A stretch of DNA of 64,000 nt from an uncultured Eubacteriales bacterium (GCA_900546315.1 URCP01000002.1:19314-83313); one strand, 5' to 3'. Positions 1 through 9,959 are shown, counted from the stretch's first letter. A program made the numbers and translations. The notes: generated by a model not told the origin, from the sequence alone.

Positions 1-393
1 CTTGCGGAGAGCGTCCTGACGGCAGGCGGAGAGGCGACCGGCGTTGAGCCGCAGTTCTTCATTGACGCCGGATATGAATACGACGCGTTAACGAGACTCA
101 TCGTGACCCGTGATATGGCTGAGAGAAAGACGAAGATGATAGAACTCGGCGATGCGTTCATAGCTTTCCCGGGCGGTACCGGCACGCTTGAGGAGATCAG
201 CGAGGTCATGTCGAAAGTCGTCCTCGGTCACACGGATAAGCCCTGTATTATTTATAATCTGAACGGATATTACGACCATCTCCGCGCTCTGCTGTCGGAG
301 ATGGTGTCGCATGGTCTCGCCGACGAGAAAAAGCTTGCGGGGATAAAATTTGCCGCCGATCTTGACGAAATAAAGGCGATACTCGGGCTCTGA
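1..393 (+). CDS. LOG family protein (TIGR00730-type, cytokinin riboside 5'-monophosphate phosphoribohydrolase-like), 5'-truncated by window start
   Basis: Frame 1 is open from base 1. The translation ...IVTRDMAERKTKMIELGDAFIAFPGGTGTLEEISEV carries the PGGxGTxxE motif typical of LOG proteins. Stop TGA at 391-393. Confidence 0.75.
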   Translation, partial: LAESVLTAGGEATGVEPQFFIDAGYEYDALTRLIVTRDMAERKTKMIELGDAFIAFPGGTGTLEEISEVMSKVVLGHTDKPCIIYNLNGYYDHLRALLSEMVSHGLADEKKLAGIKFAADLDEIKAILGL

Positions 394-404
394 CGGGGAT
401 ACAA

Positions 405-1076
405 ATGGAGTGGAAAACATATCGTGACCGTTTCTACGACTGGTCGGAGAGCACACAGATAGCGCGGATCTCGTCGCTCACGTCGTTTGGCGCGCCGTCA
501 GAGATATGCGACATAGCCGAGGATATAGGCGACGAAAAGGCGGCGTCAAGGCTCGTGAAAAAGGCTTCCGCGGCGGGCGTCAGGTTCGGTCCGGACGAAC
601 TTCTCAGACTGATGTATTTCTGCGACTGGGAAGTCATGAACACGCTTGTGGAGAACGCGTCGGGGCGGTTCACGAGCGAGCAGATAGAGGAGCTCGGGGA
701 TTTCGCCGACGACGAGGTGCTGCGCAGAGCCGCGAAAAGGAGCGGCGTCCTGATGTGGTATGAGGACGAACCGGAACCGGAAGAAGAGGAAACCGTCAAA
801 GCCGAATCGGAAGAAGATACGGAAATGAGTGAGGCGCTCGAGACACTTGAGAAGATAAGCGATAGTCTCGAGCGGATCAGCGACAATCACAAATCCGGGC
901 TTCTTGGCACGCTTTTCGGAGGAATACTGGGGGCGCTTTTCGATAGTTCGTCTGGGAGCGGCGGCAAAAATGATTCCCCGCACTACGGCTATCGCTACGG
1001 AAGATGGTATTACGGTCACGGGCACACATACGGCTGCGACCACTGCGACGACAAAGACTCCGGCGGTAAAGACTGA
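405..1076 (+). CDS. hypothetical protein with an acidic central region and a Gly/His/Tyr/Cys-rich tail
   Basis: 223-aa ORF beginning 12 nt after the LOG stop. It has an acidic stretch EDEPEPEEEETVKAESEEDTE, a short hydrophobic Gly-rich segment GLLGTLFGGILGALF, and the tail HYGYRYGRWYYGHGHTYGCDHCDD. I recognise no family. Confidence 0.5.
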   Translation: MEWKTYRDRFYDWSESTQIARISSLTSFGAPSEICDIAEDIGDEKAASRLVKKASAAGVRFGPDELLRLMYFCDWEVMNTLVENASGRFTSEQIEELGDFADDEVLRRAAKRSGVLMWYEDEPEPEEEETVKAESEEDTEMSEALETLEKISDSLERISDNHKSGLLGTLFGGILGALFDSSSGSGGKNDSPHYGYRYGRWYYGHGHTYGCDHCDDKDSGGKD

Positions 1077-1126
1077 CAGTCAGATCAAAAATACAGAAAG
1101 GTCCTCCGGACGGAGGAAATATCAAA

Positions 1127-2488
1127 ATGCGATTATCAAAGGACAAAGACATATACAAACGGATAATCCTTCTCGCGATACCGATGATGCTTCAGAATCT
1201 CATCACGTATTCGGTCGGTCTCGCGGACAACCTGATGATAGGTTCGCTGGGAGACAGCGCGATCTCCGGAGTATACATGGGCAATCAGGTGCAGACTGTT
1301 CTTCAGGTGCTGAACGCTGGGATAGAGGGCGGAATACTCCTGATTTCAGCGCAGTACTGGGGAAAGAAGGACACGAAGAGCATACAGAAGATAACCTCGA
1401 TCGGCTTGTGGTTCTCGTTGATCCTCGGGCTCGTCTTCTCGGTCATAACGACGTTCATGCCGAGACAGGTCATCTCGATATTCACGAATGTCGACGCGGT
1501 CATAGACAACGGAGTCAGCTATCTGTCGTTCCTGTGCTTTTCGTATGTGTTCTTCTCGCTGACGCAGGCGCTGCTCGCGTCGATGCGCAGCGTGGAATCA
1601 CCGAGGATAGGACTTATTGTTTCACTTTCATCACTGTTTATCGATGTGATACTGAATTATCTGCTGATATTCGGCAAGGCGGGACTTCCGGCGATGGGCG
1701 TCAGGGGCGCCGCGCTCGCGACGCTCATCGCGCGTATCAGCGAGACCGTGATCGCGTTTATATATGTGAGATTCGTCGACAAAAAGCTCAGATTCCGCGT
1801 CGGAATGATGCGGACCATAGATAAGGTTCTTCTCCGCGATTTTCTGAAATACGGAGCTCCGCTCGTCGCCGGACAGCTCGTCTGGGGCGTCAATCTGTTC
1901 TCGAACTCGATCATCCTCGGTCACCTCGGCGAGAGCGTCACCACCGCCGTCAGCATCGCGAATACCCTGAACAACCTGATGTACGTCGGAATAAACGGTC
2001 TTGCCGCGGCGGTCGGCATCGTGACCGGCAAGAAGGTCGGCGCCGGGGATATCGGGGATATACGCGAGTACTCGAACAGCGTACAGCTGATCTTCTTCGT
2101 GATAGGTCTTCTCTCCGCCGCGCTGCTGTTCGTTATCTGCGACCCGTTTATCTCGCTTTATGACATAACCGCTGAATCGGCGATCTGCTCGAGGCAGTTC
2201 ATACGCGTTCTGTGTATCACGGCGATCGGAACCTGCTATCAGTACCCGTGTCTCTTCGGGCTTGTGAAATCGGGCGGCGACGTCAGCTTCGTCTTCAAGA
2301 ACGACACGTTCGCGGTCTTTTGTGTCGTGCTGCCGCTCGCGCTTATTACCGCGTTTCTCGGCTGTCCGGCGTGGGTCGTGTTCTTCTGCCTGAAATCTGA
2401 CCAGATCTTCAAGTGCATCGTGGCGTTCTTCAAGATCCGCAGATACGACTGGATGAAGAACCTGACGACGGCGGAATCGCGCGGATAA
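1127..2488 (+). CDS. MATE family efflux transporter
   Basis: 453-aa polytopic membrane protein. The N-terminus KRIILLAIPMMLQNLITYSVGLADNLMIGSLG is typical of MATE/MurJ-type exporters. GGAGGA SD lies 9 nt upstream. Confidence 0.8.
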   Translation: MRLSKDKDIYKRIILLAIPMMLQNLITYSVGLADNLMIGSLGDSAISGVYMGNQVQTVLQVLNAGIEGGILLISAQYWGKKDTKSIQKITSIGLWFSLILGLVFSVITTFMPRQVISIFTNVDAVIDNGVSYLSFLCFSYVFFSLTQALLASMRSVESPRIGLIVSLSSLFIDVILNYLLIFGKAGLPAMGVRGAALATLIARISETVIAFIYVRFVDKKLRFRVGMMRTIDKVLLRDFLKYGAPLVAGQLVWGVNLFSNSIILGHLGESVTTAVSIANTLNNLMYVGINGLAAAVGIVTGKKVGAGDIGDIREYSNSVQLIFFVIGLLSAALLFVICDPFISLYDITAESAICSRQFIRVLCITAIGTCYQYPCLFGLVKSGGDVSFVFKNDTFAVFCVVLPLALITAFLGCPAWVVFFCLKSDQIFKCIVAFFKIRRYDWMKNLTTAESRG

Positions 2489-2600
2489 AATAAATACGGA
2501 GAATCCGGAACTTTACCTGTATAGAACTCGTCATATATACCGAAATCAGTCACATGGCGGGGTGACGGTACGGTGCTGCCCCGCGGAAAGGAATCAAGTC

Positions 2601-4898
2601 ATGAAAAAGGCGTTCATCTCTATTGTTTTAGCGGTACTTACTCTCTTCCCTCTTGCCGCGTGCGGCACGAAAGCTCCGGAAAAATCTAAAGTTGACCACG
2701 TATACAAGGCGAATGACCTCGGACTCGGAAATGTCCGCGCGGACAATATTCTCGCAAACGGGAAAACTGTCGTTGTCAGCGGGGACGAAATCCTCGACGC
2801 GGACAGTGATTCCTCACAGTATGTGGTCATAAGCGTTGATATCTCGTCCGGAACAGATAAAATAAACCCGGTGAAGCGTGTGATCGACCTTGCCGCGAAC
2901 GAAGCGGTCAGCGGTACGGCGCTCGGGGCGGACGGTAATGTGCTTCTGCTGAAGTCTGAAACGGACGGCAACGGGAAAATGACCTACTCGCTTGACCGTC
3001 TCGGCGACGATATTGTGACGGTCTGCGCTGACGTGAACTCACTCATCGAATCTGACGGGAGTGATTCCATGTTTACCGGTAAGAATACCTATTTCGGATA
3101 TCTGGCGGTCGATGGGGACGGGAAGATATATATCGGATGTGACTATGCCATCGCCGTGCTCGACCGGGAATGTAATAAGCTGTTTGAAATATCTGTCCCC
3201 GGGCGGATGGAGATGCTTTCGTCGACCGCTGACGGGCGGGTCTGGGCGTCCTTCCGCGACGATTCGTATGATGAGCAGATACGCTTCATCGATACCGAGA
3301 CGAAAAAGTTCGGTGATACGCTGAATCTTCCCGATATGAGCGTGTATACCAACGCGTATCTTTTCGTCGGTCCGGGCTATGATATCTACATAAAGGACGA
3401 CGACGCTGTACAAGGCTGGAATTCCGACGCGGATGAACCGGTCGAGCTGCTGAATTTCATGAACTCGGATTTTGCCGGAAGTTCGGTGCGCTACGCGGCG
3501 ATAATCGATGCTGACACGATGGTGTTCGGGTGCATCGACACCTTCGGCACTGAGCCTGAATACGGCGTATATCTGATGACGCGTATTCCGGATGACGAGA
3601 TACCGGAGAAGGTGGTCATCAGCGTCGCTTACAACTACAGCGGATATCCGATGCTCCGCAAGGACGTCATAAGCTTCAACCGCCAGAGCGACGAATACCG
3701 TGTCGAACTTGTTGATTACAGCCGGTTTGAGCCGATCGACGAATACGACTATGACAACAGCAAACTGCTCGAAAGAGAGCTTATGTCCGGCGTAGCACCG
3801 GATATAGTTGTGACGACTGATTTCAACGCCGCCGACGAGTGGATGGACAAGGGCGCTTTTGCTGACCTTTCGATATACATCGATGACGATTTTGAGAGCG
3901 GATACTTCGACAGTGTGATTTCGATGTGCGAGGACGGAAAGGGACGGATGCACCAGTTCATCACAGATTTCACACCGAAATTTGTGGCGGCGAACAAAGA
4001 TTATGTTGAGCCCGATCGCTGGGACATCGACGGCTTCATTGACTTTGCGTCAGACCTCCCTGAGGGAAAATTCCTGCTTGAGGCCACGTATCCGATGGTG
4101 ATGACAGACTTCACGTTATGCGCGTCGCTCGATTCTTTCATTGATTCTCAGGAATACGAGTGTGATTTTGACACGCCGACATTCCGGAGGCTTTTTGAAT
4201 ATTTGAAAAATGTTGAAAAAGTGTCTTACCGCGACACGCTCTCAGGCGATGATCTCAGGGACTACGAGCTTGACGCGTGGAAGCCTTATCGTGACGGAGA
4301 TGTTCTGCTGATCGAGACCGGAGCGTCTGATATACGTTCATATCTGCAAGTCATGACCTATTTCGGCAAGAACAAGACCAAATTCGTTGGCTACCCGACA
4401 AGTAGTCATAACGGCGCGCTGATCAAGCCCCGCACGAGCTTCGCGATAAATGAGAAGAGCGGATTCAAGGATGTCGCGTGGGAATTCATCCGCTTCGTCG
4501 CGGAAAACGGAGCGTCGGGCGGTAATTCATTCCCGGCGAATATCGGGCGTTTCGACAAGCTCTGCGCGGCAGAACTCGGGAAATACTACTATTACGAGGG
4601 CAGCGTGAGCATGAAATTCACGACGACTGATGAGAGTGAAGTCATGTCTGAACTGAAGGAAATGATCAGAAAAGGTTACTATACCGGCAATGGCGTGCTT
4701 GTAAAGGCGGATGAAGCTTGTATTGCTTCGCTGAAAGACCTCATAACCGGAGCGGGCGCGTACCCGGATGCCGGATTCAGGATCATAGGAACGATCTACG
4801 AGGAATCGCAGATGTATTTCGAGGGCGATAAATCGCTCGACGACACCGTTAAGATAATTCAGGACAGAGTGTCGACTTATCTCGCGGAGAGGGAATAA
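2601..4898 (+). CDS. large lipoprotein: N-terminal unknown domain fused to a C-terminal ABC-type solute-binding-like domain
   Basis: The ATG at 2601 gives MKKAFISIVLAVLTLFPLAACGTK (lipobox LAAC) with GGAAAGGA upstream. The C-terminal roughly 430 aa (VVISVAYNYSGYP...) resembles family-1 extracellular solute-binding proteins. The first roughly 330 aa are unassigned. Confidence 0.6.
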   Translation: MKKAFISIVLAVLTLFPLAACGTKAPEKSKVDHVYKANDLGLGNVRADNILANGKTVVVSGDEILDADSDSSQYVVISVDISSGTDKINPVKRVIDLAANEAVSGTALGADGNVLLLKSETDGNGKMTYSLDRLGDDIVTVCADVNSLIESDGSDSMFTGKNTYFGYLAVDGDGKIYIGCDYAIAVLDRECNKLFEISVPGRMEMLSSTADGRVWASFRDDSYDEQIRFIDTETKKFGDTLNLPDMSVYTNAYLFVGPGYDIYIKDDDAVQGWNSDADEPVELLNFMNSDFAGSSVRYAAIIDADTMVFGCIDTFGTEPEYGVYLMTRIPDDEIPEKVVISVAYNYSGYPMLRKDVISFNRQSDEYRVELVDYSRFEPIDEYDYDNSKLLERELMSGVAPDIVVTTDFNAADEWMDKGAFADLSIYIDDDFESGYFDSVISMCEDGKGRMHQFITDFTPKFVAANKDYVEPDRWDIDGFIDFASDLPEGKFLLEATYPMVMTDFTLCASLDSFIDSQEYECDFDTPTFRRLFEYLKNVEKVSYRDTLSGDDLRDYELDAWKPYRDGDVLLIETGASDIRSYLQVMTYFGKNKTKFVGYPTSSHNGALIKPRTSFAINEKSGFKDVAWEFIRFVAENGASGGNSFPANIGRFDKLCAAELGKYYYYEGSVSMKFTTTDESEVMSELKEMIRKGYYTGNGVLVKADEACIASLKDLITGAGAYPDAGFRIIGTIYEESQMYFEGDKSLDDTVKIIQDRVSTYLAERE

Positions 4899-4901
4899 AC
4901 A

Positions 4902-6026
4902 TCAGGCTCCCACGCGGCTGCTTTTGTCCTGGAAATCCGGCGTGGACAGCTCCTTGTGAGCCCTGAGCTCCGACATGAATTTCACGAACCGCTCGTCCTC
5001 GCGGAGAAAATCGTAGCAACGTTTCGACAGGTCTTCAAGCCTGAGGTCGCAGGCGTTGCCCTTGTAGTTCTTTGCGCTGGTTTTCGGGTCGCTGACGACG
5101 CGGTTTACCATCGGCGCGGTGTATGTGTAGTTTCCGTTGACTTCCGCGCCTTCTACTGCGTATCTGACGCTTTCGGCGAGAGCCGTTAGCGTCTTTTCTT
5201 TGTCGGCGCGCCGTGCGTGAACAACGGCAATCCATTCGTAGAATACTGACAGATCGTTCGCGTAGAAGCCGAAACGCCCGTCCGAGAAGAGAAGCTTCAG
5301 AAGAGAAATGCTGAAATTGAGCGCGGTGAGGCGTTCGTCATCAGTCGAGCAGGATTTGTTCGTCATATCCGACGCGGCAAACACGGCGCTCTGAATCAGC
5401 GCCAAAAGATATTTCTGCGTCGCTTTGACGCCTTCCTCGCCGTCGGTCACGAATGCCCGCAGACCCTCGCGGCAGCTGTGGATCGAGCCGCACATATCGG
5501 CGTATTTCAGCGCGTTTTTCGTGTCACGCAGTTCATTAAAGGTATAGCAGAGCGACATAGCGGCGTGTTCGCGGAGCTTTGAGTCGGTCGACTCGTCCAA
5601 GACGCGCTCGCCGAGCCAGATACGGCGCTCACAGACATCCTTCGGGTGCGGATAATGCGGATCCTGCCCGAGCGCGTCCATCAGATGGGACATCACCCGG
5701 CAGTCGTTCGGGAATTCCCTGTAAGCGCTCTCCCAGAGCGCGAGGTTTTCCGGCACGTCGCCGAGGTTGCGGAGCCGGAGGCTTTCGGCTTCGAGAGATT
5801 TTATACGTTCGTCGATCCGCGCCTTGTCGATACCGAGCAGCTCGTCGGTCGTGACGCCGAAATACAGCGCTATCGCCGGGAGGAGGGTTATGTCCGGGAA
5901 TCCCTCGCCGCGCTCCCACTTTCCGACCGACTGCGCGGTGATGCCGAGGTGACTCGCGAGCTCCTCCTGCGTGACGTTTTTCTTGCGGCGGAGGGAGCGG
6001 AGGGTTGAGTTCAGTGTTATGTTCAT
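4902..6026 (-). CDS. XRE-family HTH transcriptional regulator with a long helical C-terminal domain
   Basis: The N-terminus LRSLRRKKNVTQEELASHLGITAQSVGKWERGEGFPDITLLPAIALYFGVTTDELLG is a canonical HTH_3 domain. About 300 aa of helical-repeat-like sequence follow. Confidence 0.8.
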   Translation of the reverse strand: MNITLNSTLRSLRRKKNVTQEELASHLGITAQSVGKWERGEGFPDITLLPAIALYFGVTTDELLGIDKARIDERIKSLEAESLRLRNLGDVPENLALWESAYREFPNDCRVMSHLMDALGQDPHYPHPKDVCERRIWLGERVLDESTDSKLREHAAMSLCYTFNELRDTKNALKYADMCGSIHSCREGLRAFVTDGEEGVKATQKYLLALIQSAVFAASDMTNKSCSTDDERLTALNFSISLLKLLFSDGRFGFYANDLSVFYEWIAVVHARRADKEKTLTALAESVRYAVEGAEVNGNYTYTAPMVNRVVSDPKTSAKNYKGNACDLRLEDLSKRCYDFLREDERFVKFMSELRAHKELSTPDFQDKSSRVGA

Positions 6027-6156
6027 GTTCGTTCTCCTGATATTTCAATTTCAGTGACAAGCGCTTATCCTGATTCTATTATATCAGATTATCGGAGAAG
6101 AGTCAAGAACCGTAAGATATATGTATGGATTGAAAATACAACCAGTAATATATAAA

Positions 6157-6187
6157 CCCCGGCGTGACAGCTATGATCACGCCGGGG
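6157..6187 (-). terminator. rho-independent terminator downstream of the SBP gene 6196-7701
   Basis: Perfect 11-bp inverted repeat CCCCGGCGTGA / TCACGCCGGGG with a 9-nt loop. On the minus strand it is followed by TTTATATATT. Confidence 0.65.
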
Positions 6188-6195
6188 GCGTCGGT

Positions 6196-7701
6196 TTACC
6201 CTATTGATGACAGATCATCAAGCAGCTTATCGATCTGTTTTCTGAAAGTCTTCTCTTTCTTCGCGTATGTCGACGACAGATTGCCAGATTTGAATGCGTC
6301 CCAGAGTATCTGATTGCCGCCGAGGCCGAATACGTCTGAAAGGTCATACAGCATCGAACTCTTTATCACGTCCAGCATCTCGATCGCCTTGTCGTCTCGG
6401 AGGCGCTTTCCTTTGACTGTCGTCTCGTAATACGCCGGAAGCAGCGTCTGGTGCGACAGCCAAGCCGAATACTCGAGCACCGCGCCGACACGCTCCATAT
6501 CCCCGGCGCACACCGGCACCGCGAAGATCAGAGCGAATAAATCGATCTTATGGTGATAATTCTCCTGATTCTCGTCATACTTCGGATTCGGGACAAGACC
6601 GAAATCCTGCTTCATATCGCGGAAGCATTCCATCGAGGCGATGCCGCTCTGATAGAACAGAAAATGTCCGTCAGCGAAGAGTGCGCGCGGGTAATCATAC
6701 TCATTCGCGTATCCGGTCGTGTCTCCCATACCGAAGAGCTCTTCGCTCGAAATGGCGCAGTCGGTTCCGGTCAGGACAGCGGAGCACTTTGTTATCATGT
6801 CCTGTACCTTTTCGGTCATGATATTGGGAATGATCACGTTTTCCGTATCCTTTACGGCGAGGCTCACACCCGTGCCCGCGACGAGATACACGAAAGTGCC
6901 GTTGTAACTGTCGTCGGTGAGCATCCCATATCTGTCGTTCTGGTCAAAGACCGAGTCGCCGTTGAGGTCTTCCGACACCGCGGCTGTCATCTCGAGGACC
7001 TTGTCTATCGTCCACTTATTGTTCTCAACAAGCTGATACGGGTCCTCGAGACCGTACTCATCGATGATGCCCTGATTGAAGTACATGAACCGCGCCGTCT
7101 CGAGATTTCCCATCGAGATGTCGCTCGGCATCAGATACAGTCTACCCTCTATCGTAAGCTCATCCGCCGCGTTTTTGTCCCACCAGTCAGCCGTCAGGTC
7201 CGCATAGTCAAGATCGAGCATATTATAGAGACCTCCCTCGCGCGCGAGTCCGCTGAGCGTCGAGCGCATACTCGAAATGACGTCGATTCCGTCGTCGCCT
7301 GATTGGATATATCCGCGCGCGAGCTTTTCGAGCTCACCTGCCCATCCGCTTTCCCACGCCGGATAAAGAGCTTTTATCTTTATGTTGAACTTTTCCTCGA
7401 CCTGCAGGTTGCGTTTATATATCGCGTCATTCACCGGCTCGCCGTTCTCTTCCTCGGCGTAGACATACTTTTCCATGTAGCTGCTCACGTTTCCGCCGCG
7501 TATGAGATATGTGAATTCCGCTCCTCCGTAATCGAGTTCCGGAATATCCGGCTCAGGGATTGACGATACGGTTGTTCCGGTATCTGTCTCGCTTGTGTCT
7601 TCGGTGCCGGATGTTGTGTCTGTTTCGCCGCTCTGACCGGCGCAGGAAATAAGAATTGTACAGAACAGCATCGCCGCGATAAGTTGTCTGTAGTGTTTCA
7701 T
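6196..7701 (-). CDS. extracellular solute-binding lipoprotein (ABC family-1 SBP type)
   Basis: I chose the start at 7701: MKHYRQLIAAMLFCTILISCAGQ (lipobox). The annotated longer ORF would overlap the upstream gene. Family motifs shared with six paralogs in this window include IYKRNLQVEEKFNIKIKALY and DFGLVPNPKYDENQENY. Confidence 0.8.
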   Translation of the reverse strand: MKHYRQLIAAMLFCTILISCAGQSGETDTTSGTEDTSETDTGTTVSSIPEPDIPELDYGGAEFTYLIRGGNVSSYMEKYVYAEEENGEPVNDAIYKRNLQVEEKFNIKIKALYPAWESGWAGELEKLARGYIQSGDDGIDVISSMRSTLSGLAREGGLYNMLDLDYADLTADWWDKNAADELTIEGRLYLMPSDISMGNLETARFMYFNQGIIDEYGLEDPYQLVENNKWTIDKVLEMTAAVSEDLNGDSVFDQNDRYGMLTDDSYNGTFVYLVAGTGVSLAVKDTENVIIPNIMTEKVQDMITKCSAVLTGTDCAISSEELFGMGDTTGYANEYDYPRALFADGHFLFYQSGIASMECFRDMKQDFGLVPNPKYDENQENYHHKIDLFALIFAVPVCAGDMERVGAVLEYSAWLSHQTLLPAYYETTVKGKRLRDDKAIEMLDVIKSSMLYDLSDVFGLGGNQILWDAFKSGNLSSTYAKKEKTFRKQIDKLLDDLSSIG

Positions 7702-7757
7702 GTCTCCGGTTCCTTTCTCCGTTTTCGGGTGGTTGTTATGCCCGGCGCTGGTTCGGT

Positions 7758-9017
7758 TTACTTGCTGTCGCCGGAAAATCTGCGCTCCAGCGCCTCTTTG
7801 AATTTCCCGAGCGACACCTCGGACGGCGCGTAGTCCGGACGCGAACAGCACGGAATGTTTGGCGGTGTGCCGTCCGGCGTCCAGAATGGGTTCGCGTTGT
7901 CATTCTCGTATTTCAGACAGTCTGACTCGAGCGAGAAGTCCGGAATGTCGAACGGGGCACCGTCGGCGAGCAGACTTCTGTGAGAGAGGATGGCGACCGA
8001 CGCGAGCCTTGTCGCGAACAGCTCATCCATCTCAGGCTTTGCCCCGGTGCGTATCGATTCGAAGAATTTGCGGATGACGAAAAAGTCTCCGCCGCCGTGC
8101 CCGGCTTTTTTGATAAGCTCCGCGTCCTTGTCGGTGAGTTCAGGGTAATATGAGTTCTCGGCGTTCATACCTTCCGGGATCTCCCAGTCGTTGTATCTGA
8201 GCATGATCTTTCCGTCGGTGCCGCGCAGATTTTCTATCTGCCCCTTGGTTCCGCAGACGCGGTAGGAGTTCTCATGCGCGCCGAACGCGGCGCATCCGGT
8301 CACACGGAAGACCGACGCGTCGTCGTTCCGCGTCATGATGATCGCCGCGCGGTCGGCGCAGAATGACGCCGAGACGCAGTCATCCGGACGCGGTATGAAC
8401 ACCGGCATCGCGGTCACGCGGACAGGCTTCGAGCCGGTAGCGTAGCAGAGCGGTCCGAGCGAGTGAGTTATATAATATGTCGCCGGGAGGAAGTTCCTCC
8501 AGTGCCGCACATCGTCTCGGAGAGAGGCGGAATATTCGGCGTTATACAGATCCGCCGGGTGGTTGTACTCGCCCTCTGCGAACATCACCTGACCGAGAGT
8601 TCCTTCTTGGTATACACGGCGGATCTCCTGATTGAACAGCATGAACGGATAGTTTTCCGCGAGCATATAGAATGCCCCGGACTTTCTTGCCGCCCGGACG
8701 AGAGCCACTCCCTCCGCCATCGTGCCGTTCGACGTGCATTCGCTGAGGACGTGAATGCCTTTTTCGAGCGCCTTTATCGCGTATGGCGCGTGCTCGTTGA
8801 AATAGTTCGCGAGGAATACGGCGTCCATCGGATGCTCTATGAACTCGTCAAAGTTGGTGTAGCCTGCCGTCGTACCGCCGAGCTTGCCGGCGGCGGCGTC
8901 CACAAAACGCTGCGCTTTGTCGCAGACGGCGACGATCTCACCGTTGTTTGCCAGTATGTTGTCGAAGTAGTATGCTCCTCGCTGAAGTCCGAATACTCCG
9001 ATACGGATTGTTTTCAT
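7758..9017 (-). CDS. Gfo/Idh/MocA family oxidoreductase
   Basis: MKTIRIGVFGLQRGAYYFDNILANNGEIVAVCDK is an N-terminal Rossmann fold. GGAGGC SD precedes the ATG at 9017. Clear paralog of 52494-53747 (shared HWRN...Y.THSLGP motif). Confidence 0.8.
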   Translation of the reverse strand: MKTIRIGVFGLQRGAYYFDNILANNGEIVAVCDKAQRFVDAAAGKLGGTTAGYTNFDEFIEHPMDAVFLANYFNEHAPYAIKALEKGIHVLSECTSNGTMAEGVALVRAARKSGAFYMLAENYPFMLFNQEIRRVYQEGTLGQVMFAEGEYNHPADLYNAEYSASLRDDVRHWRNFLPATYYITHSLGPLCYATGSKPVRVTAMPVFIPRPDDCVSASFCADRAAIIMTRNDDASVFRVTGCAAFGAHENSYRVCGTKGQIENLRGTDGKIMLRYNDWEIPEGMNAENSYYPELTDKDAELIKKAGHGGGDFFVIRKFFESIRTGAKPEMDELFATRLASVAILSHRSLLADGAPFDIPDFSLESDCLKYENDNANPFWTPDGTPPNIPCCSRPDYAPSEVSLGKFKEALERRFSGDSK

Positions 9018-9080
9018 GGTGTTGCCTCCCAAAATTATATTTGTTCCCGATATTTCATCGGGTCATAAACATATCTGCGC

Positions 9081-9938
9081 TCAGTCAATCAGAACGAGCG
9101 CGAGCATCCCGGCGAAAGCCAGCGCGACCGAAACGAGCTCCCTCGCCCGCGGTTTTTTTGACGTGAAGAAGCAGAGTGCCGTCGACATTATCATGACTCC
9201 GCCGGTCACGAACGGATACTGCGCGGATGCCGGAAGGTGCGCGAGCGATATCAGGAGCAGGAGATTCGCTATGCATCCGAGTATGCCGTTGCCCATAGTC
9301 CCGACGATCATTCCGGCTGACAATTTTCTTTTTTCGCCGCTCCGGAAAAATGGCAGCAGCGCACAGGCGATGACCACCGTCGACGCCGCGCTGAGAACCG
9401 AGTATCCCGCGGCGGATGTTTTCTCAAACGGCGACGCCTGAAATATTTTCGACAGTACGCCCGACATGCCGTTCAGCGCGAAAACTCCGATATAATATCC
9501 GGTTCCGGAACGGCACTCATCCCTCTTTATCGTGACGCAGAGCGCCGCGGTGATGAACAGCAGACACACTATCTTCCCGGCTCTCAGGGGTTCATCAAAG
9601 AAGATGATTCCGGCGGCGAACGGAAGGACCATCCCTCCGAGCATCGAAAACACCGAGTACAGCGATAGATTTATTTTTCCGAGTGCCGTCAGACTGCAAA
9701 ACGTGAAGCTTATTGAATTCACCGCCGACAGTGCCGCCATCAGAAGCGAAAACGCGGTGAATTCGAAACGCAGTCCGTTCATGATGAACAGCACCGCCAT
9801 CCCGGCGAGACTGCTCAGCGCGGAAAACTCGAGGGTCGCGCCGGTCCCGCTTCCGCGGGCGTTCCGGTATATGTTTTTGAAGAAGAACTGTATGCTGAAC
9901 ATCGCGACAGCGGCGGTTATCATTCCGTAATAGATCAT
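9081..9938 (-). CDS. DMT superfamily (EamA/GRP-like) 10-TM permease, subfamily A
   Basis: I chose the start at 9938 (MIYYGMITAAVAMF, AAGGGGA SD). About 285 aa and hydrophobic throughout. The C-terminus LAHLPASAQYPFVTGGVMIMSTALCFFTSKKP is nearly identical in pattern to 55279-56127. Confidence 0.7.
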   Translation of the reverse strand: MIYYGMITAAVAMFSIQFFFKNIYRNARGSGTGATLEFSALSSLAGMAVLFIMNGLRFEFTAFSLLMAALSAVNSISFTFCSLTALGKINLSLYSVFSMLGGMVLPFAAGIIFFDEPLRAGKIVCLLFITAALCVTIKRDECRSGTGYYIGVFALNGMSGVLSKIFQASPFEKTSAAGYSVLSAASTVVIACALLPFFRSGEKRKLSAGMIVGTMGNGILGCIANLLLLISLAHLPASAQYPFVTGGVMIMSTALCFFTSKKPRARELVSVALAFAGMLALVLID

Positions 9939-9959
9939 CCCGTTATCCCCTTTGAAACC

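Noticed and set aside
6121-6207. A 28-codon plus-strand ORF (MYGLKIQPVIYKPRRDSYDHAGGVGLPY) upstream of the XRE/helical-repeat regulator, considered as an RRNPP-type signalling pro-peptide.
   Set aside because: It has no SD and no hydrophobic export-like segment. It runs straight through the terminator hairpin of the neighbouring SBP gene and overlaps that gene's stop. The regulator's C-terminal domain cannot be called TPR/RRNPP from sequence inspection alone.
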